Below are positions 25,996 through 39,034 of a stretch of DNA of 64,000 nt, piece after piece (position 1 is the stretch's first letter; each line of letters starts with the position of its first letter). The notes beneath the pieces are model-generated. The model did no database searches and was not told the origin of the DNA. It saw nothing but the letters and a program-made list of their open reading frames with translations. Position numbers and translations under genes: made by a program. The stretch is from Squalus acanthias (taxonomy: Eukaryota), in NCBI GenBank assembly GCA_030390025.1, contig CM059426.1, positions 207,638,001-207,702,000 of the forward strand. Direction: 5' to 3'.

Positions 25996-26653
25996 CTTTT
26001 CTGTAGTTCCTTGAAATTTCAATGCTTATTATTTTTCTGTTGGATGCTGAGGCTGGTGCAGGTCCTAGTGTAAATTTTTCTTACATATGAGACACCCTAT
26101 TGATTGTATTTTTTCTTTATATAAATAATAGTAGCGCACGTAAACAATTTAAAATTATGTCTGGCAACCTTAATCTGAAAAGAGATAGTGACCCGAGAAT
26201 CCATCTCTTTATGAACGTACAAACATACAAAATTGACGGACAGGAAAAGACCAGCCTGTCCCACTCCAGGTTGGCCAGAGCACCCTCACTGCGCACTTCC
26301 TCTCCTCCAACCCCCCACTCCCCACTACAGCCATGTAATCTCCTGGGAGAGGCAAAAATCCAGAGAAAATTCCTAGGGCCAATAAGGGAAAAATCAGGCC
26401 TACCGTGCTCGGGATTCTTCAGCGGCCGCCAGCCTCAGATAGTGACCGCTCCAAAGGAGTAGCGAACGAGCCCTCCCCTCCCCCACCCCACTCCCCGGTT
26501 CCCCTGCTCCAACCTCCCCTCCCGGGACTGGAATGGGCCACACTCAGAACATAAGAAATAGGAGCAGGAGTAGGCCATCTACCCCATTGTGTCTGGGAAG
26601 ATGTCCACTTCTCGCTATTCACAGTAAAATCGCAGACACGTTCTAAACACATT

Positions 26654-27397
26654 GGCCCAAAAATTAGTGAGTGAGCCTTCGTGCAAGGGTAAGGCCTTCC
26701 CGCGATCTCTCACTGCGCGCTGGCTTTTTCAGTCCGAGCTCGCACGAACTTGATGTTCTGGACAGCAGCTGTGCAGGGCTTTCGTATCCCACAGGCATAG
26801 TTAATTCGTGCGAGCTGTGGGATCACGTGACTCAGTTAGAGCCAATGGCAGCACACCATCTTTCATTCATAGCTTTCACAGCACGGCTGTGAAAGCTATG
26901 AATACTATACCCCCCCAAAAGAACAGCTAAACCTCAATTAAATTTTTTTTAAAAACCATCACATTAATAAAATAAGTATAGTTAAATAAATTAACCATTT
27001 TAAACAAAAAATTAAATTTTTGAAAAAATTTAAAATCTTTTAAAAAGTTATAAAAATAAACTTACCTGTCTTTAAAGTCTCTAAAAAAGATATACCTGTT
27101 AAAAAAAATTCAAAATAATACTTAATTAAGTACTTACCTTGTTAAAAGAGGGTCTTACACCTCCTTTCTTTATGTGTAAAATCTTCCATGCTTACCTGCG
27201 CGTCCAAAGCACTAAGTGCACTGCGTGCGCGCAGCCTGTAGCACGCACGCGGTTCACCTAGTAACCGCCCCCTTTTGAATTCACCAAGTGCCGGTTTTCA
27301 GCGCATGCGCAGTGCATGCAGAAAACCGGCAATTGGAGACAGAATACGCGAGAGTACACAGTGCGTACTCTCGCGTAGCGGCACTAATTTTTGGGCC
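26654..27397. mobile_element. Harbinger-type MITE, 744 bp
   Basis: Perfect 16-bp TIR GGCCCAAAAATTAGTG, TSD ATT at 26651-26653 and 27398-27400, AT-rich centre. Confidence 0.85.
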
Positions 27398-28914
27398 ATT
27401 GTAAAGGATGTCTAGAATTCCACTAGAAGTAGTGAACAGAGGAAATCTTCACAAAACACATTTGCTGCGTCACTACACATAGCAAGCAAAGTGTGTAAGA
27501 TGCGCGGAAATCGCCCTGTCAAACAGTTTCCAAAGTTCAGACCCGTCGAACAGACAACACAAAACCCAATGAATCTGTGAAAACTTCTTTTACTTAAAAT
27601 CAGCAAGAGATTACAAGTAAGCATCCAATAGTTATGTAGCGTATAATAATTCCCAATTATACCTCAGCATACACAGAGCCATCCCTTTACTTTAAGCTCG
27701 AGCAAAACACCACATACGTACTAACCCCAGCGAGTGGTCAATTCGGCAGTGACTAGACGTATGATTTCTGGCAACTGACCGGGTCGCCCGGCTGCAGCAG
27801 CGAGTGGTCAATTTTCAGCACCTTTTATACCCCAAAACTTGACAACCCTCCCACTGTGTACGTGTCCCTAACTATAGGACATAAAGGTCATCAGTTGTTT
27901 CTCAGTTCTTCTTATCAGTAGTTCGTTGAGCATCCGTGGGTATCAAGGCCGATTTACATTCCATAGTCTGAAGATGTTTCTGTCTTTGCACTGATTCCAC
28001 AGCTCAATAGTCTGTTCCCACAGAACTTTAAAAGTTTGTTTTCCATATCTGTTGAAAGACAATTGGCAGCTTTCACAGCTTACAACCACAGCATCTTATT
28101 TTGCCAAGTTCTCACATCAACCAGGCTTTTGTCCTCGCGAAGCATGATGGTACATAAAATGTGGTCAACTTTTAAAGTTTGGTCAAGTTACAAGTGTCCA
28201 ATCAAAACTTTGGACCATTGATGCTCTTGGATTGGATATGTAAATAAAAAAACATCCAATTGCGTAGAATTACATAGAATGCACAGCACAGAGACAGGGC
28301 ATTCGGCCCAACTGGTCCATGCCGGTGTTTATGGTCCACACCAGCCTCCTCCCACCCCTACTTCATCTCACCTTATCAGCATAACATTCTCTTCCTTTCT
28401 GCCTCATGTGTTTATCCAGCTTCTCCTTAAAGGCATCTCTGCTATTCGCCTCAACCACTCCCTGTGGTAGCGAGTTCCACATTCTCGCCACTCTCTGAGA
28501 ATTAGTTAACAGATGTGGGTGCCCGGGTTTGGGTGTCCAACCCCCTACCCTGGCAGGCCTATTTCAACCTGCTCCCCAGTTTTATCAAGCCCATGGACCG
28601 CACCCAAACAGATCTCTTTCTGGACAGCGGCAGAGAGAAGTGCGGGGAGGTTGTCGCATATTAATGAGAAGTGCTCAATTCTGACAATAGCTGGTGGGAG
28701 AAGCAGCTGATCTAGTTACTCGGGTATTCAGTCCCTCAGTGCAATTTTCTTTTTTAAGCACATTGGCTGATGTGTTTGAGTTAAATTCCTGCCTGAACGT
28801 TTTTTTTAAATGTAATAATTCACCCATTTATTCTGACAGCTTAACAGCTCAGAGAGGGACTTAACACAAGTGCATCAACCAGTGCCCTAAATAATAGCAA
28901 GGAATGAATCACCC

Positions 28915-29140
28915 TTCAAGATCTCTGCGTTCCTCCAACTCTGGCCTCCTGTGCATCCCCCACTTCCTTTGCTGCACCATTTGCGGCCGTGCCTTCTGCT
29001 GTAGGCCCTAAGCTCTGGAGTTCCCTCCCAAAACCTCTCCACATCTCTCCTTTCCTTTAAGACACTCCTTAAGACCTATCTCTTTCACCAAGCCTTTGAC
29101 CCCCCCCGTCTTAATGTCTCATTCTTTGACGGTGTGTCAA
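28915..29140 (+). mobile_element. L2 LINE fragment
   Basis: Plus-strand copy of the L2 3' region. Confidence 0.7.
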
Positions 29141-29397
29141 TAAACCAAATCTGTGGACCCTTTAAGCTGTTAAAGGAAAAAGTATCTGAAGATCCTGAGA
29201 AACAATTTTCCAAGTTTGTATTGCCTTGACCACTGGCAGGGCCTAGAGGAAACCCTGAGCGGCTGTTTAGGATTTTCTACCCATCGGACCAAAAACAACG
29301 GGCAGTGCCCCCATGATTTGCCAATGTGCATAGCCCATGGGTGAGGACCCCACCATTGGAAATGCCAACCTGGAAAATCACCCCTGATATTGTTTTG

Positions 29398-29985
29398 TTT
29401 ACTCACTTCTGAGCCAGAAGGTCACAGGTTCAAGTCTCACTCCAGAGACTTGAGCGCATAATCTAGGCTGATACTTCAGTGCAATCCTGAGGCAGATTGA
29501 TAGCTTTTTGTAAGGCAAGGTTATTAAGGGATACGGAACCAAGGTGGGTAGATGGAATTAAAATACAGGTCAGCTCTGATCTCATTGAATGGTGGAACAT
29601 GCTCGAGGGGCTGAATGACCTACTCCTATTTCTAGGAATGCTGCACTCTTGTAACAGCTGGCTTTTGAATGAGACGTTAAACTGAGGCCCCGTCTTAGTT
29701 CTCAGGTGGACATTAAACATCCCATGATGCTATTTGAAGAACAGGATAGTTCTCTCTGATGTCCCGACCAACATTTATTCCTCCACCGACATCATCAAAA
29801 CAAATAAACTGGTCATTTACCTCATTTCGGCTTGTGGGAGCTTGCTGCGCACAAATTGGCTGCCGCATTACCCTACATTACAACAGTGACCACACTTCAA
29901 AAGTAGCTCACTGGCTGTGTGGCACTTTGGGATGTCCTGAGAATGTGAAAGGTGCTATATAAATGCAAGTCTTTCCTTTTTGTTC
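29398..29985 (+). mobile_element. Deu-domain SINE interrupted by a CR1 tail (about 29493-29632)
   Basis: SINE breaks at CTGAGG and resumes at GGAATGCTGCAC around a CR1 3' UTR. Confidence 0.75.
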
Positions 29986-30294
29986 TCCAGTAGCTTACAA
30001 GGCGTCTGGAAGACTTACGTTTTAGTGGTTGCCTTTGCCTGTTGGGAACTATTTTTTGCTTTGATATAAAAGCAAACACTTTGGAGTGTATTGGGACGAT
30101 TTTCTTCCGTCTCCCATGCTCGGTGCTCCCCTGGCATTAGCCCATTCCCTTGGCAGGCCCTTGCCCTGAGAATGATGTGGGGACAGAAACGGGAGAGAAG
30201 CTGCAGCCCTGAGAGACAAGACCCTCCCGATCTTGGGAGCAGAGAACTGTACAGAGGCCACTCACCCAAGGGCAGACCCACAACCACTACTACA

Positions 30295-30760
30295 ACAACA
30301 ACTTGCATTTAAACAGCGCCTTTAACGTAGTAAAACGTCTCAAGACGCTTCACAGGAGCGTTATCAGACAAAAATTGACACACAGCCAAAGAATGAGACA
30401 TTAGGATAGGTGACCAAAAGCTTGGTCAAACAGATAGGTTTTAAGGAGTGTCTTAAAGGAAGGGAGCGAGGTGGAGAGGTTTAGGGAGGGAATTCCAGAG
30501 CTTAGGGCCTAGGCAGCAGAAGCCAGGCCACCAATGGTGCAGCAAAGGAAGTGGGGGAAGGGTCTTCAAGGAGGAGAGAGAGGTGGAGAGGTTTAGGGAT
30601 TGAATTCCAGAGCTTAGGGCCTAGACAGCTGAAGGCACGGCCGCCAATGGTGGGGTGAAGGTGGGGATACACAAGAGGCCAGAGTTGGAGGAACGCAGAG
30701 ATCTTGAAGGGTTGTAGAGCTGCTAGAAGTTACAGTGATAGGGAGGTGTGAGGCCACTGA
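30295..30760 (-). mobile_element. L2 LINE 3' fragments (internally duplicated)
   Basis: (AAC)n tail and two successive GAGAGGTTTAGGGA...TTCCAGAGCTTAGGGCCTAG blocks. Confidence 0.78.
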
Positions 30761-30954
30761 GTTATTACAGGCAACTTCAAGGAGCGTATGTTTGTCATTT
30801 AAGCTTTGAGATTACATTACAACTCATAGTTTAACCCAGTCCCAGATTTTAACAGCCCAAAGTAAAGGCTCATTGTAAACTGTGAACTTTGGGCTTTTGT
30901 GTGCTTAGGAACTCAGTAACACTTATTTAACCCTGGCATTCCTAGTTGATTATC

Positions 30955-31510
30955 ATCGAATCATAGAATGGTTACAGCACAGAAGGAGGCCATTCGGCCT
31001 GTCGAGCCCGTGCCGGCTCTCTGCAAGAGCACTTCAGCTAGTCCCACTCCCCCGCCCTTTCCCCGTAGCCCTGCAAATTTTTTTCCTTCAGGTACTTATC
31101 CAACTCCCTTTTGAAAGCCGTGATTGAATCTGCCTCCACCAGCCTCTCAGACAGTGCATTCCAGATCATAACAACTCGCTGCGTAAAAAAGTTTTTCCTC
31201 ATGTCGCCTTTGGTTCTTCTGCCAATCACCTTAAATCTGTGCCCTCTGGTTCTCGATCTTTCCGTCAATGGGAACAGTTTCTCTCTATCTACTCTGTCCA
31301 GACCCCTCATGATTTTGAACACCTCTATGAAATCTCCTCTCAACCTTCTCTGCTTCAAGGAGAACAACCGCAGCTTCTCCAGTCTATCCACATAACTGAA
31401 GTCCCTCATCCCTGGAATCATTCTCGTAAATCTTTTCTGCACCCTCTCTAAGGCCTTCACATCCTTCCTAAAGTGTGGTGCCCAGAATTAGACACAATGC
31501 TCCAGTTGAG
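30955..31510 (-). mobile_element. CR1 LINE 3' fragment
   Basis: ORF 31038-31460(-) KALERVQKRFTRMIPG. Confidence 0.92.
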
Positions 31511-31659
31511 TTACTGAACACCTATTTCCAGAGATCATCGTGGGTGGTTGACACTTGTTTCCAAAGCTTAGCTTTTTGTCGCACTTTGGGAATCTTTACT
31601 TCTTACAGACTGAACACTTGGGCTCAATCTTACACCACATACCTATTTAAATCCTGAAC

Positions 31660-31845
31660 TATCTGGACACAACACATCTCTCATTGAATGTCAAAAAGAC
31701 TTGCATGGTATTATGCTCCTCAAGTACAAAGCCCCCAGACTATCGCCGCTTTGATGTCCAAATTAATGGAACTCATTTGAACCATGTTCCGAATATGAAA
31801 TACTTAAGCATTCATCAGCATGAAAATATGACTTTTGGATATTAA
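31660..31845 (+). mobile_element. Ancient LINE reverse-transcriptase fossil
   Basis: Hand translation HLSLNVKKTCMVL...VQINGTHLNHVPNMKYLSIHQHENMTF resembles the LxLNxxKT ... KYLG RT thumb region. Confidence 0.6.
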
Positions 31846-32629
31846 ATAGCGAGATAGCCTGAAGTCCCTTGATCTTCAGGCATGGTGTGTCACTAGAAAA
31901 TTCCAGACCTTTTGAATACATTATCTTCATTACACCGACGGGTTGTTAATTTGTGGACAGTTTTCAGAAACCTGTTCAGATACAATCGAAGGAACAGCAG
32001 ACCCGTCGGATTAATGTATATCGAAGGTAATGAATTTCATCCAGAATCCACCGTAATCTCTGGCATCTGTTGAAGTCTTACTTCGCGTTCAAATAAAATG
32101 TCACAAATCCCGTATTTCTTTATGTCCTTTCTGTGTCACGCAGAACCTTAAGATGAAGATCAAACCTCTGGTACAGTTACGATAAGTAAAAAATAAAGAG
32201 AGTTTGATACTTGGCAAATATTACAAATACTGAGCAGATCCTTCTCATTTAAGGTAGCAATCTCAAAGTTTAAATAACGAACAGAAGCTCTTTGCAGTTT
32301 GCTTTCATGATTTCACATGAATTCCTTCAATTAAGCAAGTACTTTGCCATTCACTGATGGTACTCGTTTGCTATTGGTTCAATATTACTCATCAATTGTA
32401 AGGTTATGCACACTTCGGTCAATTGGTGATGTGCTATGTGTTTGGGGCCTGAAGATTCTGCTCGATTGCACTGTTTTTTTGGCACAATTCGCCCGATAGT
32501 GATGTAACCAGCTCAAAAGATCGTAGAATTTTAAGCGCAAATTGCATTCAGCGCAACTCGAGTTTCCGTGATCTTTTGCGCGAGTTTTAAAAACACTGCA
32601 CTAGAAGCACCGGGGGTACTGTGAGCGGT

Positions 32630-33583
32630 TCTGGGCACCACACCTTAGGAAGGATATATTGGCCTTGGAGGGAGTGCAGCGTAGGTTTACCAGGATGACA
32701 CCCAGACTCCAAGGGTTAAGTTACGAGGAGAGATTACACAAACTAGGGTTGTATTGATTGGCACCCCCTCTACCATCTTAAACATTCACTCCCTACACCA
32801 CTGGCGCACCGTGGTTGCAGTGTGTACCATCTACAAGATGCACTGCAGCAACTCGCCAAGGCTTCTTCGGCAGCACCTCCCAAACCCGCGTCCTCTTCCA
32901 CCTAGGACAACGGCAGCAGATGCATGGGAACACCACCACCTCCAAGTTCCCCACCAAGTCACACACCATCCTGACTTGGAAGTATATCGCCGATCCTTCA
33001 TCGTCGCTGGGTCAAAATTCTGGAACTCCCTCCCTAACAGCACTGTGGGAATACCTTCACCACACGGACTACAGCGGTTCAAGAAGGCGGCTCACCACCA
33101 CCTTCTCGAGGGCAATTAGGGGTGGGAAATAAATGCTGGCTTTGCCAGCGAAGCCCACATCCCATAAAAAAATGAATTTAAAAAAAATTCTCTAGAATTT
33201 AGAAGGTTAAGGAGTGATCTGATTGAAATTTACAAGATATTAAGGGGAACAGATAGGGTAGATAGAGAGAAACATTTCCACTGGTTGGGAATTCTAGGAC
33301 CAGGGAGCATAGTCTAAAAATTAGAGCCAGACCAATCAGGAGTGAAATTAGGAAACATTTCAACACGCAAAGGGTGTTAGAAGTTTGGAACTCTCTTCTG
33401 CCAACGGCAGTTGATGCGAGATCAATTGTTAATTTTAAGCCTGAGATTGATAGCTTTTTGTTAACCAAAGGTATTAAGGGATATGGGCCAAAGGCGGGTA
33501 GATGGAGTTGGGTCGCAGATCAGCCATGATCTCACTGAATGATGGAACAGGCTCGAGGGGCTGAATGGCCTGTTCCTATGTTC
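32630..33583 (+). mobile_element. CR1 LINE fragment interrupted by a second-family LINE (32755-33185)
   Basis: CTAGGGTTGTATT ... TAGAATTTAGAAGG rejoins to the sequence at 23421-23450; inner ORF 32754-33119. Confidence 0.85.
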
Positions 33584-33901
33584 CAAAGCTGGCCCCGCCC
33601 ACAAAACTGTCCAAGCCCCCAGGGAGAATTAATCACCATTGGGAGTTTCCACTAATTGCGCTCGTTTTCAGGCCTTCAAGGAGGCTCAAAAAATTAAGCT
33701 GGATCTTTCGGTTGAAAGGACACTAATAGGCAGGTTTTGAAAAGTTTTGAATGAATCTTTTTTTTAATATATTAAGAAACTGACTACTGTACCCCAATTT
33801 AACTAGCAAATAGCTTTGTCTATTTTTTTTAAGTCATTTTCAGTCATTTAAAATTAGGTTACTCACAGGTGGTGGATTGACACGGTGATTTAAAATACTT
33901 A

Positions 33902-34793
33902 GGGGGAAAAATTCAGTTGGTTACGCCTCCCGTTAGCGTTTTAAGAGGGCGCTAATGGGGCGTAAAGCAACTAGTGCCCGGGTGCGGCGATGTTTGCGCC
34001 GCTCGTGAAATTAACTAGACATTTTGCGGCAGCGCTAAACACTACCGCCACGATCTCCTGCGCCAGCAGATCGTGACGTCAGTCGAGTGCGCAACGCCCC
34101 GTAGCGCCCCAGACCGGATATTGAGTGGCGCCCCCTGCCTTACCGCCTGCCGCTAGCAACGACAGGTTGAGGGGAGCGTTTTGCAGTCAGGAAGGGACTG
34201 GGGGAGCGCTATTTAAAGGCGACTGCTTCCTGCCTTTTATTGTTGGTGACATTTTTGAACCATGCATTCTGAGAGAGAGAGAGAGAGACTTCTGGAGAGA
34301 TTCAACGCTGTGTGAAGGAGTTTTGGGTACTGAGCAGCACTTTGCAGGTTCATTTTGATTTGCCCTTCCTTGTATCGATTTAGAAGAGACTGTGGGGGCT
34401 GCACTCTGAGCTCTTTCCCTGGTTGTCTCCATTGTTCTTTCCAGCAGATTTGATGTACAGGTCTCTCCAGACCGACATTCAAGGCTACAATGAGCAGGAT
34501 GTGGATGGAAAGCAAGATCAACCCTCCCCTTTAAGAATTGGCCGGAGCCATTGTGAGTGTGTTCCATTGCTGACTGACATCACATGAGCTTCGCCAACGC
34601 TCTGAGGTAGCGCCTTGCTCCTCGGCCTTTGCGCCTTAAGACAGGTGTGAAGCGTCTGATTTAGTGCTCCAATCACCTCCAGGGGCAATAAAAGTCAAGT
34701 TTGCAGTCGGAGGCGATAATTAGCACCTGGCGCTAATCTTTGCGCCCGGCCGATAATTGCGCCCCAAATGGGGCGATACTGAATTTCTCCCCC
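33902..34793. mobile_element. Harbinger-type MITE, 892 bp
   Basis: 16-bp TIR GGGGGA(A/G)AAATTCAGT, TSD TTA at 33899-33901 and 34794-34796. Confidence 0.85.
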
Positions 34794-35112
34794 TTATTGT
34801 TTTGTGATAAACCCATTTTTGGCTGTATTAATCAAACTGTACCAAGTTACCAGTCTTAAATATATATCTCAAGGGATATTTTTTATAGCAAGTATATTTT
34901 TTTTTAATTAGGTTTTAAAAGGCCGCCCAAATGCACTGGTTCATGGCAGAATTTGCGTTCGACGATATGTAAATTAGTTTGAGCGTAAACTCGGGGTGGA
35001 AAAAAAACACACTTCAAAACGGGCCCAATTTTGAGCTCAATTTGTGCCGGAACCACTGATTGCACCTGAAGCGGAAAATCTATTTTCTACAATTCCTAAA
35101 CCAAATAATGGC

Positions 35113-35424
35113 GGGCCAGATTTTGCTGTAGCAGGGCATCCAACGGCATCTGCCGTGAGTTAGACTCGCTCCTGCGCCTTTCAGCTGAAAAATTTTTGCC
35201 CACAAAGTTGCTGAAAGTGCGAGCTGATAGCGGCGCAGCGAGGGTAACAGGGCATCTGGGACCCGAGTGAACGAGGCAACCAACAGGGCGTCTCCTCAAC
35301 TAACTTTTGGATATTGGCGTTTAACCGCGCACCTGCTCCTCGCGTGAAGTTGCTGTACTATGTACGCATAAATAAAGGCGAGCGCCATTAGCCTCACCGC
35401 TATCTTGACAGCAAAATCTGGCCC
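35113..35424. mobile_element. Small MITE, 312 bp
   Basis: Perfect 17-bp TIR GGGCCAGATTTTGCTGT; TSD not clean (GGC/AAC). Confidence 0.75.
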
Positions 35425-35789
35425 AACATTCTTGTGCACACAAGACAATGCAATTTAAATTCTCATCTGAATGCAAGTTGTTCAGGACTCGGTGTTAACG
35501 TGTTGTTGGTGACTTCATGTACCTTTAAAAGTAAAATTGGTTGTAAAATCTACAAGACATATGTTGGCCAAGAGGCATATAAAAAAATATGAGCATCATC
35601 ATTAGATGGATTACCTGAGAATGTCACATTTTAATGCCAAACTAGATTGTAAAATTTGTATAATGGTCTGAAATGGTTGATTAGCTTTTAATTACTTCAC
35701 CTCTTAGTTTTCCTGGTTTTGCATTCCTGTCACAAGGCTGCAATTCAAATTACCCTTGAGATAAAAGTGACTGATGTTCTCAATTATTT

Positions 35790-36372
35790 TACATAGAATT
35801 ACATAGAATTTACAGCACAGAAACCGGGCATTGGGCCCAACTGGTCCGTGCCGGTGTTTATGCTCCACATGAGCCTCCTCCCCACCCCTACTTCATCTCA
35901 CCCTATCAGCATATCCTTCAAAATCTTTCTCCCTCATGTGCTGCTGTAGCTTCCCGTTAAAGGTATCTGTGCTATTCGCCTCGACCACCCTCCTGTGGTA
36001 GCGAATTCCACACTCTAACCACACTCTAGGTAAAGAAGTTTCTCCTGAATTCCCGAATGGATTTATTAGTGACTACCTTATATTTATGGCCTCCAGTTTT
36101 GGTCTCCCCCACAAGTGGAAACATCTTCCTTACGTCTACCCACCGAACTTGTTCGTAATTTTAAAGGCCTCTACTCGGTTACCCCTCAGTCTTCTCTTTT
36201 CTAGAGAAAAGAGCCCTGGCCTGTTTAGTCTTTCCTGATGGTTATAAACCTCTCAGTTCTGGTATAATCCTTGTAATTCTTTTTTTGCCCCTAACTCCTT
36301 TTTGTAATATGGAGACCAGAATTGTGCCCAGTAACTCCCAAGTGTGGTCGCACCAAGGTTCTACACAAGTTG
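35790..36372 (-). mobile_element. CR1 LINE fragment
   Basis: Colinear with 25420-25995. Confidence 0.85.
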
Positions 36373-36731
36373 TACCTAATTGGACATCTTCCACGGAGTG
36401 ACATGCTCAGTAACAAAGGCTTCACATCCCATAGTTGTCAGACCTCAACTGCATCACACCTGTAGGGCATCAAATTGTGAAGGTCTCAAATAACCGCTAC
36501 CTTTAATGTTAGCCATGCGCTGATCCGCTCAACAATCTGATTGACCAATCAAAAACCAATTCCATTCACTTGACAAGCAGGAAATGCTACCATTCATGAA
36601 CTGGTAAGTACCAACCGACCAATCAAACAATTCAGAAATATTTTGGTCCAACTTCTTTTGGCAGCCGTGTTGCTTTCCACGAGGAACAGGACTCCTTGTT
36701 GTAACCATTGGTGCAGCGACCCAGACATCAT

Positions 36732-37591
36732 GGGCTGGATTTTTACCAGCCCTGAGGAGGCGGGTTTGGAGGCGGGACTGCTGGGAAAATAGGTTAATTG
36801 GGAGCGGGTCCCAACCCCGCTCCCAACCTGCCTCCGAACCATCTTCCCAGGAGGCGGGTCCCTGACTCGCGCAGGGATCCATCTCCTAGCGGCGGGAAGG
36901 GAATGAGAGCCACTTAACTGCCGGTTAACAGGTAGTTAACAGGTAGTTAATGGGCAGTTAAGAGGCTTTTCCCCATTTTCAGCCTGCTGATGCAGCCTTC
37001 CCGATGGCGGGAAACCCCGCCAGAGTCAGCGAGGCGAGCTGTGGGTCTGCTGCAGTGTAAGTGTGCAAATGACAGCTGCAGAGGTAGTGTGATGGGTGCA
37101 ATGGTGCACAGGTAATTATGACAGGTGAGAGAATGTAGTGAGAAATATTTTTATTCTGTTTATCTGCAGGTGACAAGATTTGATATTTCTGTGAAGCCTC
37201 ATCTGATTGGGAGAATTGACAGATGGCTCCTGCAATCTCACATGCAGCTGCCATCTGTTTTCTCCTAAGGAGAGAGTCATTGGTGAGCCTGGGTGCAAGT
37301 GCTCACCTTTGGACAGTGGTTGTCAGTGTTTGACACCACCTCAATGCTGTCAAACACTGTCAAATCATCTGTCAAAAAATTATGGGGCCTGTCCCTTTAG
37401 ATGAAGCGTCATGCACTGACGTCATCTGACACCGGCTTTCCCTTAATTGGCCGGCAAGCCCGCAGGGTGGGCTTAACAAGGCCAATCAAGGGAAAATAGC
37501 GTCTGTGCGTCGGATGTCGCTGGGGGCGGAACTAGAACCCGGAAGGCAGCAGTCCCGCCCCCAACTCGTCTCGGCAGGTAAAATCCAGCCC
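36732..37591. mobile_element. Harbinger-type MITE, 860 bp
   Basis: 15-bp TIR GGGCTGGATTTTACC, probable TSD CAT; ends resemble 9000-11230 and internal blocks match 44260-45107. Confidence 0.82.
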
Positions 37592-37957
37592 ATGGGTGTT
37601 AACAGAAAAAAGGGCTAGTTTCGATTTGATAGCGCTGAACACAGAAAGGGGAAAATCAAGTCGTGGTGTTGAGGTTCCAGTGACCCACCTCTTGCTCAGT
37701 CACTGTGGCCCCTTCACTGAGGTTCAGATGTATCGCTGCATTTTTAGCGCTCAGAGCTTTGGTGAAATTAGTAGCCTGGCGCTCTCCCTCTGTCAAACGG
37801 GGATTGTAAAGAGTGTCAGAATTTTGTGACGCACACCTCCCAACTAACACCAATTTTCACTCGCCCTTCAATTCAGAGTTTGTCCAAACGTTAAACACAG
37901 TTTGCAAAAATTCCAAAGGTTAAAAGTCAGGCTAAAAACCAAAATGAAACACAACAT

Positions 37958-38587
37958 GGGCTAGAAGTTCGTCTGGGCCTGTTCTCTGGCCCAGAATCAG
38001 CGCTGCACGGTCAGTGTGCACCTCAAAACTGGAGGCCCCAGGCCAGCCTGAAATTGGGCCTCGGGCCTCATCTGAATAATATGGGCACGCTGCCAGCGCC
38101 TGTCACACATCCGTGAACAGCTCAATGTTTTGCTGCAACTAATTTCAGGCCGCCTGCCTTGCCGGAAGCGGCCTCGGGTAAGTACTGGGTAGCGGGAGGG
38201 TGGGGGATGGTGCAGGGGGGTTGGGGAGAAGGCCAGCGGGAACGTGGCCAATCGCGGCCAGCAACGTCTGTCAGGAGCACGTGGAGGGGGGGCGGGGGGG
38301 AGCAATCGAGCTCTTCCTGGCTCCACACGAAGGAAAAACTTACCGTTAGTTCGCGGCCGCTGAAGAATCACCGCAACTGATTTCTGCGCGGGGACCTAAA
38401 ACAGGTTCCTCATTTACACAGGTGAGGGACCTAACTCCTGTCCACCAGGGACGTCTAAAGAATGTTCCGACCCAAGACGTTTTTCAAGCGTCCTTGAGGC
38501 GCAGGACACTGGTCCCCGAAATTGGTCCCCGTTGTGCCCATTATTACGCCGGTAAAACGGGTGCATCGAGGTCCATTTCCTACCACA
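37958..38587. mobile_element. Degenerate GC-rich MITE-like element just upstream of the GRID2 exon
   Basis: GGGCTAGAAGTT start, CpG-rich body like the other MITEs; right TIR eroded. Confidence 0.5.
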
Positions 38588-38728
38588 ACAATACCCTACC
38601 CTACCTTCTTAGAGGGAAAGTGAAATTTAAAAAAAATCTTTTTGCTCATCTCTTTCAAAGAGAACACGTAAGTCAACTTGCTTTTGTGGTGTAAGTGCGC
38701 ACGTGGCTTGTTTAATAGAAAAATATAA

Positions 38729-38905
<177 letters not shown>

Positions 38906-39034
38906 TAAGTGCATATATCGGCTACCATCGGATTACAGCTATTTAATACTGAGATAAAAGGCCAATGAATGGATTCTCACTGCAACTGGAATTATGCCTT
39001 CACGGGCTCGACGGGCCGAACGGCCTTCTTCCAT

